From NCBI GenBank assembly GCA_027491395.1, contig JAOZFI010000017.1:29672-93671 (forward strand): DNA of 64,000 nt. Reading direction: 5' to 3'. The DNA is from Thermoproteota archaeon. GTDB lineage: Archaea; Korarchaeota; Korarchaeia; Korarchaeales; Korarchaeaceae. The notes beneath the pieces were generated by a model. It was not told where the DNA came from. It worked only from the letters and a program-made list of their open reading frames with translations, and ran no database searches. Of this stretch, positions 56,684-64,000 are shown one piece after another. The position numbers and the translations under genes are program-made. Numbering within the stretch: the stretch's first letter is position 1; every line of letters begins with the position of its first letter.

Positions 56684-58042
56684 ATGGATTTGGAGGACGC
56701 GGTATCCCTAGGTCTCGATGAAGGGGCTGACTTCATCGAGGTCAGGGAAGAGAGAACCTACATGACCATGATCAGGATGATCGACGGAGTAGTGAGGGAG
56801 TTGAATAGGGGAAGGGAGTTCAGGATAAGTGTCCGGGCCCTATACAGAGGTGGATGGGGCTTCGGCATAGCTAACTCCCCTAATGAGATAGCCGACGCGG
56901 TTAAAGATGCAGTGAGCCTAGCTAAACTCTCATCTAGGTGGGCAGAGCCGATAGAAGTGAATTGGCCCTCCTTCAAGGGAAGCTACGAGGTTAAAGGGAG
57001 GAAGCCCGCGTGGCAGATTCCGATAGAGGAGAAGATAGGGATAGTCGAGGAGCAGGATCGACTCGCCAAATCCGTGGAGAAGGTGACCAACAGGAACATA
57101 ATGATGGGAGACACGCTCAGGGAGACCAGAGTAATCAACTCCTTAGGAACTGACATCAGGCAGACACTGCCTAGGATCAGGCTGGCCGCCTACATATTCG
57201 CTCACGAGGCGGGAGTGACGGAAAGCGCGTTCGAATCGAGGGGAGGGATAGGAGGGCTGGAGGTAGTTGAAGGGACTGGGATCGCGGAGGAGGCAGCCAA
57301 AAGGGCCGTGGAAGCTCTATCGGCCAAACCAGCCCCTCCTGGGCCCCATCCCGCGATACTGGATCCAAAGCTGGCTGGTGTGTTCATACACGAGGCCTTC
57401 GGTCACGCGGCCGAGGGAGACGCGGTAGTTAACAACGAGAGCATCCTCACAGGAAAGCTGGGTGAAAAGGTGGGCTCCGAGGTGGTCAGCGTCGTCGACG
57501 ATCCCACCATAGAAGGGTTATATGGGTTCTACAGGTACGATGATGAGGGCACCGAGTCAAGGCGCAAGTACATAGTGAAGGAAGGCATACTTTCCGGCTA
57601 CATGACCAACTTGGAGACCGCTTCCAAGCTCGGGATTGAACCTACCGGAAACGCCCGCTCGATGGATTATAGCAACCCACCCATCGTGAGGATGTCCAAC
57701 ACATTCATAGATAGGGGGGATTGGACGTTCGAGGAGATGCTGTCCGATATGAAGCGGGGAATATACGCGTTCGGGTCCCTTTACGGATACACCGATCCGG
57801 CTAAGGGACAATTCATGTTCAAGGCTGAGGGAGGCTGGCTGATAGAGAACGGGGAGCTCAAGCAGAGGTTGAGGGAGGTGGCCATAACCGGTATGACCCT
57901 CGAGGTCCTGAACAACATGGATGCGGTCGGGAAGGACTTATCCCACGATCCAGGGATGTGCGGGAAGATGGGCCAGTGGGTTCCCGTAACCACTGGGGCG
58001 CCCCATGTTAGGGTGAGCAGGCTTGTGTTCGGGGGGAGGTAA
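56684..58042 (+). CDS. tldD: TldD metalloprotease
   Basis: HEAFGHAAE (HExxxH), DDEG, GNAR, RMSNT, CGK.GQ.VPV..G.P. Confidence 0.93.
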   Translation: MDLEDAVSLGLDEGADFIEVREERTYMTMIRMIDGVVRELNRGREFRISVRALYRGGWGFGIANSPNEIADAVKDAVSLAKLSSRWAEPIEVNWPSFKGSYEVKGRKPAWQIPIEEKIGIVEEQDRLAKSVEKVTNRNIMMGDTLRETRVINSLGTDIRQTLPRIRLAAYIFAHEAGVTESAFESRGGIGGLEVVEGTGIAEEAAKRAVEALSAKPAPPGPHPAILDPKLAGVFIHEAFGHAAEGDAVVNNESILTGKLGEKVGSEVVSVVDDPTIEGLYGFYRYDDEGTESRRKYIVKEGILSGYMTNLETASKLGIEPTGNARSMDYSNPPIVRMSNTFIDRGDWTFEEMLSDMKRGIYAFGSLYGYTDPAKGQFMFKAEGGWLIENGELKQRLREVAITGMTLEVLNNMDAVGKDLSHDPGMCGKMGQWVPVTTGAPHVRVSRLVFGGR

Positions 58043-58043
58043 G

Positions 58044-59363
58044 ATGCTGAGGGAAGAAGCAGTTAAGGCCGCTCTCTCCTCCGGAGCTGAGGAGGCGGAG
58101 GCTTTCGAGCTCTTTACCCGCGAGATCTCCATACATGTGGAAAAGGGGAAGGTCAAGACGGCCAGTTCGGTTAGGATGGTGGGTTTAGGAGTGAGGGCAG
58201 CCATGGGGAAAAAGCTGGGCTTTGCATTCGCTACTAACCCCACCTCAGGCGTAGAGGTTGGGAGGGAGGCGGCCGAGAACTCCAAGGCAGCTCCAGAGGA
58301 TCCGGATTTCGGGGGACTCCCAGATGCCAGGAAGGTGGACTACCTCAGCGAGCTCATGGACCCGAAGCTCAGGGACTTGGATCTGAACGAGGCCGCCGAC
58401 CTGTTCCTCGCGGCTGTGGAGTCCGCTCGTCTCTCGGACAAGGTGATCTCAGTCTCCGGCAAACTGGAGGTGTCCTTCTCCAAGGTGGCGGTGTTCAGCT
58501 CCAAGGGTGTCGATGCCCTTGAGGAGAGGACCTACCTGATCGCATACATCGAAGCGGCCAGCAAGGACGGTGATAGGAGGGGATCTGGCTTCGGCTTCGC
58601 CGATGGAAGGAGGTTGGACATGTTCGATCCCGAGAAGGTGGGTAGAGAGGCCGGAGATCTGGCCATCAGGACTCTGGATGCCACCACTATAGGAGTGGAG
58701 GAGCTGCCCGTGGTATTCCAGCCAAAGGCCCAGTTCACCTTGATCCCCTTCTTGGTGGGCCAGGCGGCTAACGCCGAGAACCTGCAGTACGGCAGGAGCT
58801 TCCTGACCAACAGGATAGGAGATCAGATAGCTAGGGAGGAGGTAAGCATAGTCGACGACGGGCGCATCCCTTGGCTCCCCGGCAGCTCGAGCTTCGACGC
58901 GGAGGGGATCCCCACCGGGAGAACTTACGTCATCGAAAATGGTGTCTTCAAGTCGCCGATACACAACTGGTACACAGCTATGAAGGAGGGTGTGGAGAGC
59001 ACGGGCAACGCTTCCAGAGATCACACTAGGCCACCGGCGATCTCATCCCACACGGTCAGTATCGAGGCCCCGTCCCTGCAGATGAAGAAGGATGAGTTGC
59101 TTGACGTAAAGAGAGGGGTACTAGTGGTCTACACCATGGATACCCCCAACCTATCCACCGGGGAGTTCAGCGGGATGGCGGAGACGGCCTTCCTCATAGA
59201 GAGCGGGGAGGTGACAAAGTCACTGAGGCAGACCAGCATGGGCTTCCGGATCGAGGACTTTCTGAAGACCATGGACGCTGTAGGTGATGATGTGGAGACT
59301 TTAATGGGATTCAAGGGCGGCTCCGTCAGGGTGAAGATCAAGGTAGCGGGTCCGGGTGCCTGA
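58044..59363 (+). CDS. pmbA: TldE/PmbA
   Basis: FDAEG, STGNA, TGEFSG; lacks HExxxH; follows tldD. Confidence 0.88.
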   Translation: MLREEAVKAALSSGAEEAEAFELFTREISIHVEKGKVKTASSVRMVGLGVRAAMGKKLGFAFATNPTSGVEVGREAAENSKAAPEDPDFGGLPDARKVDYLSELMDPKLRDLDLNEAADLFLAAVESARLSDKVISVSGKLEVSFSKVAVFSSKGVDALEERTYLIAYIEAASKDGDRRGSGFGFADGRRLDMFDPEKVGREAGDLAIRTLDATTIGVEELPVVFQPKAQFTLIPFLVGQAANAENLQYGRSFLTNRIGDQIAREEVSIVDDGRIPWLPGSSSFDAEGIPTGRTYVIENGVFKSPIHNWYTAMKEGVESTGNASRDHTRPPAISSHTVSIEAPSLQMKKDELLDVKRGVLVVYTMDTPNLSTGEFSGMAETAFLIESGEVTKSLRQTSMGFRIEDFLKTMDAVGDDVETLMGFKGGSVRVKIKVAGPGA

Positions 59364-60880
59364 TGATTCTGGTGGTGAACTTCGGTGGGCAGTACGCCCA
59401 CCTAATCACCCGGAGGATAAGGGACATAGGCGTCTACGCCGAGATAATTCCCTACACGGATATCTCCCCATCCATCATAGAGGAGAAGAAACCAAAGGCT
59501 CTCATTCTGTCAGGGGGTCCTAGCAGCGTTTACGGGCCTTCAGCTCCTAGGATAGGGAGCTGGGTCTTGGAGATGGATATCCCGGTCTTAGGGATATGCT
59601 ACGGGTTCCAGCTGATAGCCCACATGATGGGGGGAGAAGTGAGGCGCTCCACGGGCGAGTACGGCCCCACCAAGGTGAAGGTTCTGGAGAGGGGAGGGCT
59701 GTTCGCTGGCTGGGGAGAGGAGGAGCTCGTCTGGATGAGTCACTCTGATCACGTTGCTAGAGTTCCTGAGGGATTTGTGGTGACCGCATTGTCTGAGAAC
59801 GGATACGTGGCGGCCTTCAGGCACGAGGAAAAGCCCATATATGGGGTCCAGTTTCACCCGGAGGTCAAGCACACTCCCAAGGGTAAACTCCTCCTCGAGA
59901 ACTTCGCGGCAATGTCGAGGGCCGAGAAGAACTGGAGTCCCGAGAGGATGATTCAGCTGATAGATGAGTACCTGAGGAGAGAGCTAGCTGATTGTAATAA
60001 CATTCTCTCTGCCGTGAGCGGTGGGGTTGACTCCACCGTGGCCACGGTACTAGTCAGTAGAATAGCAGGTGATCGTCTGACCTCCATATTCGTGAATCAC
60101 GGGCTTTTGCGGAAAAACGAGGAGGAAGAGGTCCTCAACCTGCTAAGGGATCTTGGAATAAATCCTATATACGTGGATGCATCCCAAGAGTTCCTCTCTG
60201 CCCTGAGGGGTGTAAAGGACTGCGAGACGAAGAGGAGGATAATCGGGGAGAAATTCGTGGAGGTCTTTTCTAGGGCGCTTGAGGGTAGGAGATTTGATTG
60301 CTTGGTGCAGGGGACCCTCTATCCCGACGTCATAGAGAGCGGTGGAGAGGTAGGAGCTGATAGGATAAAGAGCCATCATAACGTTGCAGCCCTACCGGAG
60401 TGGCTCGAAGCTAAGGTGGTGGAACCCCTGAGGTACCTCTACAAGGACGAGGTTCGATCTCTCTCTAGGCACCTTGGATTACCTGATTGGATCGCCGAGA
60501 GGCATCCGTTCCCCGGACCAGGTTTGGGGGTAAGAATAATTGGCGAGGTGACCGAGGACAAGTTGAGGGTTGTTAGGGAGGCTTCAGTCATAGTGGAGGA
60601 TGTCTTGAGGGAGAGGGAGCTCTACTCAAAGGCCTGGCAGGCGTTCGCTGTAGTAGGAGATGATAGGTGGGTTGGGGTGAAGGGAGACGCTAGGGTAGAG
60701 GGTTACATCGTCACAGTGAGAATCGTGGAGAGCGAGGACGCGATGACCGCGGACTGGCTGAAGTTGCCTCCCGATGTTTTAAACGAGATAGCCAGGAGGA
60801 TAACCTCGGAGATATCGGAAGTCACCATGGTGACTTACGCGATCACGACCAAACCTCCAAGCACGATAGAGCCCTGCTGA
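59363..60880 (+). CDS. guaA: GMP synthase, fused glutaminase plus synthetase
   Basis: FGGQY, GICYG.Q, QFHPE, SGGVDS, QGTLYPDVIES, IKSHHN, RHPFPGPGL, KPPSTIE. Confidence 0.96.
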   Translation: MILVVNFGGQYAHLITRRIRDIGVYAEIIPYTDISPSIIEEKKPKALILSGGPSSVYGPSAPRIGSWVLEMDIPVLGICYGFQLIAHMMGGEVRRSTGEYGPTKVKVLERGGLFAGWGEEELVWMSHSDHVARVPEGFVVTALSENGYVAAFRHEEKPIYGVQFHPEVKHTPKGKLLLENFAAMSRAEKNWSPERMIQLIDEYLRRELADCNNILSAVSGGVDSTVATVLVSRIAGDRLTSIFVNHGLLRKNEEEEVLNLLRDLGINPIYVDASQEFLSALRGVKDCETKRRIIGEKFVEVFSRALEGRRFDCLVQGTLYPDVIESGGEVGADRIKSHHNVAALPEWLEAKVVEPLRYLYKDEVRSLSRHLGLPDWIAERHPFPGPGLGVRIIGEVTEDKLRVVREASVIVEDVLRERELYSKAWQAFAVVGDDRWVGVKGDARVEGYIVTVRIVESEDAMTADWLKLPPDVLNEIARRITSEISEVTMVTYAITTKPPSTIEPC

Positions 60881-60923
60881 CTCCCGAGAAACTTTATCTA
60901 TCTTTCCCACCTAGCACAGTGGG

Positions 60924-61160
60924 ATGAAGGTGGAGGTAAGGGTGGACTCCAAAGGGAGGATCCTTCTCCCCAAGGAAGTCAGAGAGGAGCTGGGAGATGT
61001 TATTGTGATCGAGAAAACGGATGAAGGGTACATCCTCAGGAAGGGTAAGGGATCCTTCTTAGAAGAGTTCAAAGAGGTGATTTCATCGGAGCCTCCACGT
61101 GAGGGAAAACCTGAGAACTGGCCACCCTCCAAGATTAAGGGTATATGGGTGAGCGAGTGA
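60924..61160 (+). CDS. AbrB/MazE-type antitoxin (VapB)
   Basis: VDSKGRILLPKEVREELG. Confidence 0.88.
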   Translation: MKVEVRVDSKGRILLPKEVREELGDVIVIEKTDEGYILRKGKGSFLEEFKEVISSEPPREGKPENWPPSKIKGIWVSE

Positions 61161-61615
61161 TCGTGGGGCTGGATTCGAACATCATATGCTACTCCCTAGA
61201 TCCCGCATATCCCGAGCATAGTTTCGTTAAGGACCTGCTGCTGAATCTCTCTCCAGATAATCTAGTAGCTGTGAACCCTACAGTGATTCACGAGACTTAT
61301 CATGCCTTAGTCTTCGGTCAGAAATGGGTTCCAAAGGAGGCCTCTAGGAGGCTCGGCCTACTGCTAAAGCACCCATACGTGAAATTCCTGAATCAAACAA
61401 AGGAAATTACTTCAATAGGTTTGAGGTTAGCTGTCAAGTATGGACTGGGGGGTAGAGACTCGCTCATCTTGGCCAATTTCATTTCCAATCGCATACCGGT
61501 CATATACACGCATGACTCTGATATCCTCTCTCTAGAGGAGATAAACTGGAGGGGATGGACGCTGAGACCCGTGGATCCAGTAGCACTTGGAGATCAGGGT
61601 GTTACCATCCACTAA
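61145..61615 (+). CDS. PIN-domain toxin (VapC)
   Basis: LDSNII, HE.Y, DSLILA, THDSD; overlaps antitoxin. Confidence 0.88.
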   Translation: MGERVIVGLDSNIICYSLDPAYPEHSFVKDLLLNLSPDNLVAVNPTVIHETYHALVFGQKWVPKEASRRLGLLLKHPYVKFLNQTKEITSIGLRLAVKYGLGGRDSLILANFISNRIPVIYTHDSDILSLEEINWRGWTLRPVDPVALGDQGVTIH

Positions 61616-61729
61616 ATATGCCAGATTGTCGATGGAGTGCCTCGCATCTCTGAAGTATCTTTTTAAGTTCCATTCGAGAGAACCTCAAAATCTTCCAACG
61701 AATTCGTGATGCTCAATGGAGGTGATCAA

Positions 61730-63778
61730 GTGGAGGTCGTAGAACTCGTTCCCTCCGTCATAGGCATAGTGGGAATGGTCTTTGTTGCCTTGATTTACTA
61801 TCTAGTCATGAAAGAGGATCCGGGAACCCCTGAGATGGTTGCCATAGCTTCCTACATACAGGAGGGTGCGAACGCCTACCTTAAGAGGCAGTTCTACACG
61901 ATAATAGTGTTCATAGTGATAATAGCTGCCATCTTGGGAATCCTGCAGGGAGTAATACCCGCGGCCTCGTTCATAGCTGGAGCAGTGCTCTCCCTCATAG
62001 CCGCGTACATAGGGATGAACGCTGCGGTGAGGGCTAACGTGAGGACCACGAATGCAGCGAGGACATCCCCCAAGAAAGCGCTGAAGATAGCCTTCTGGGG
62101 CGGCTCAATCATGGGACTGTCCGTGGTGAGTCTGAGCGTCCTTGGAATAGGCCTCCTCTACTTGGCAATAAGGGCCTTCTTCCCCACCGCAGCTCCCGAG
62201 CAGCTGGAAGCGGCCCTCCACACGATAGTTCCCTTCGGCATGGGAGCCAGTTTGGCCGCCCTGTTCGCGCAACTGGGGGGAGGTATCTACACCAAGGCCG
62301 CCGACATAGCTGCTGACTTGGTGGGCAAGGTCGAGGCCGGGATTCCGGAGGACGATCCTAGGAACCCGGCCGTCATAGCTGACCAAGTGGGTGACAACGT
62401 GGGAGACTGCGCCGGCAGAGGCGCAGACCTCTTCGAGTCCTTCTCAGACAACATAATCGGCATGATGATTCTAGGCGTGGCCTTCTATGCCCTATACGGG
62501 TTCAAGGGGATAATGTTCCCCCTGCTGGCGGAATCCTTGGGGGTCATCTCAACCATAATTGCCATATTCCTCATAAGGGAGAACGTGAAGAACCCGATAA
62601 CTGCCATAAACTTCTCCCTACTCGTGGCCGGCGTACTGAACCTCCTGTTCTTCTACGTACTGGCCGTGAACTACTTGGGCAGGATAGAGGTGTTCTACGC
62701 GGCGGTACTCGGACTGGTAGCTAGCCTAGTGGTGGGCGTACTGATCCAGTACTACACGGGAACCGGATATAGGCCGGTCAAGTATATAGCTGAGTCTGCC
62801 AAATTCGGTCCCGCCTTGGACGTGATAGCCGGGCTCGCCGTCGGGCTGGAGAGCGCATTTCTACCCTTAATAGTGATAGGCGCCGTTGTGTCCCTAGCCT
62901 TCGTGATCGATGGGCTGTACGGTATAGCAGCAGCTACTGCTGGCATACTCTCAACCACCGGGATAATAATGGCGGCCGACACCTTCGGGCCCATCTCCGA
63001 TAACGCTGCGGGAATAGCAGAGATGTCAGGTCTGAGCAAAGAGGTAAGAGAGGGATTGGACCTGCTGGATGCCGTCGGTAACACCACTAAAGCCATAACC
63101 AAGGGATACGCGATGGCATGTGCTCTTCTCTCCGCGTTCGTACTGTTTGCTGCCTATCTAACGGCTGCCGGACTCAAGACATACCTCTTCCATGATAAGG
63201 TGATAAACGCAGCTCAAACTGGCGTTGAGCTCGCGGATCCCCTCATACTTGTAGGTGTGATCCTTGGATCTACACTGGCCTACCTCTTCTCTGCACTAGC
63301 TATGCAGGCCGTTGGTAAGACCGCTAATAAAATGGTCGACGAGGTCAGGAGGCAGTTTAGGGAGATACCCGGTTTGCTGGAGGGTAAGGCCAAGCCCGAC
63401 TATGCTAGGGCCGTGGACATATCCACCAAGCACGCACTGAAGGAGATGATCTTCCCGACGCTGATAACATTCTTGGCGCCCATAGTAATAGGTCTCCTCT
63501 TCGGAAGGAAGCCGTTAGGTTCCTTCGTCGTTGGAGCAACGATAGCAGGAGGACTCTTAGCGATCTTCATGATAAACGCGGGAGGAGCCTTGGACAATGC
63601 AAAGAAGCTGATAGAATCAGGGTTATTCGGAGGAAAGGGATCCGATGCTCACAAGGCCGCTGTGGTCGGAGATACAGTGGGAGATCCGCTCAAGGATACT
63701 GCTGGCCCGTCGCTGCACATATTCGTCAAGCTAGTCACGATAGTCGCCCTGACTTTCGTGGCTTTCTTCCCACCGTGA
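61730..63778 (+). CDS. hppA: Membrane ion-translocating pyrophosphatase, K+-independent signature
   Basis: GGGIYTKAADIAADLVGKVE, EDDPRN, DNVGD, DNAAG, GNTTKA, GDTVGDPLKD; GTG start after GGAGGTGA. Confidence 0.95.
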   Translation: MEVVELVPSVIGIVGMVFVALIYYLVMKEDPGTPEMVAIASYIQEGANAYLKRQFYTIIVFIVIIAAILGILQGVIPAASFIAGAVLSLIAAYIGMNAAVRANVRTTNAARTSPKKALKIAFWGGSIMGLSVVSLSVLGIGLLYLAIRAFFPTAAPEQLEAALHTIVPFGMGASLAALFAQLGGGIYTKAADIAADLVGKVEAGIPEDDPRNPAVIADQVGDNVGDCAGRGADLFESFSDNIIGMMILGVAFYALYGFKGIMFPLLAESLGVISTIIAIFLIRENVKNPITAINFSLLVAGVLNLLFFYVLAVNYLGRIEVFYAAVLGLVASLVVGVLIQYYTGTGYRPVKYIAESAKFGPALDVIAGLAVGLESAFLPLIVIGAVVSLAFVIDGLYGIAAATAGILSTTGIIMAADTFGPISDNAAGIAEMSGLSKEVREGLDLLDAVGNTTKAITKGYAMACALLSAFVLFAAYLTAAGLKTYLFHDKVINAAQTGVELADPLILVGVILGSTLAYLFSALAMQAVGKTANKMVDEVRRQFREIPGLLEGKAKPDYARAVDISTKHALKEMIFPTLITFLAPIVIGLLFGRKPLGSFVVGATIAGGLLAIFMINAGGALDNAKKLIESGLFGGKGSDAHKAAVVGDTVGDPLKDTAGPSLHIFVKLVTIVALTFVAFFPP

Positions 63779-63780
63779 AC

Positions 63781-63875
63781 TCTTTTTAACCTCCCCTTAT
63801 TCCCCTTTTCCTCGGTTCCCTTCTAGAGCGATCCTGCACTGGCTAATGCAAAAATGAGGGAGTCCCTTGACTCCC
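63781..63875. terminator. Pyrimidine/T tract and hairpin between convergent hppA and sui1
   Basis: TCTTTTT after hppA stop; GGGAGTC-CCTT-GACTCCC at 63858-63875. Confidence 0.5.
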
Positions 63876-63903
63876 CTTCGCACGGGATCGGTCGAAGCTG
63901 GTC

Positions 63904-64000
63904 TCACTCCACTTCTATCTGTTCCTCAGGTATCCCCCACTTCTCCTTCAGTAGCTTGGCCACCTTGTACCTATGGTCCCCCTGCAGCAGCACGTATCCA
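63904..64000 (-). CDS. sui1: Translation initiation factor SUI1/aIF1, C-terminal part (5' end outside window)
   Basis: Manual translation ...GYVLLQGDHRYKVAKLLKEKWGIPEEQIEVE* carries the LQGDHR motif. Confidence 0.82.
   Translation of the reverse strand, partial: GYVLLQGDHRYKVAKLLKEKWGIPEEQIEVE

Overview
Gene-dense archaeal chromosomal window from a probable thermophilic anaerobe. A Korarchaeota/TACK-like origin is inferred from archaeal-type AroK, AroB-II, TYW1 and RbkR, an arcadin-1-like gene, GGTGA/GGAGG RBSs and apparent leaderless promoters. It carries housekeeping genes (pyrH, taw1, translin, ribK, tRNA-Val(CAC), deoC, thrBC, glyA, aroK/E/B-II, yjjX, tldDE, fused guaA, hppA, sui1) and DNA-repair helicases (Lhr with metallophosphoesterase and HAD, XPD). 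There are two toxin-antitoxin pairs and a STAND-like ATPase preceded by tandem palindromes. A ~24 kb respiratory island holds a ModE-like regulator, a Ni ECF transporter, hypDF, a Tat-exported group-1 [NiFe] hydrogenase with Isp1/Isp2-like partners and maturases, and a Tat-exported Cys-type formate dehydrogenase with FdhE/FdhD. Best leads: (1) a core methionine synthase co-operonic with a corrinoid reductive activator; (2) two AT-rich islets each pairing a ~243-aa anchored protein with a small aromatic/Cys-rich protein, one probably a frameshifted single precursor; (3) an unannotated 51-aa charge-bipartite ORF between the hyp and fdh operons; (4) a protease-like pseudo-maturase in the hydrogenase operon; (5) a probable ACG start after glyA; (6) a decaying tandem duplicate of a P-loop-less MobB. 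All protein identifications come from motif recognition by eye; no database search was run.
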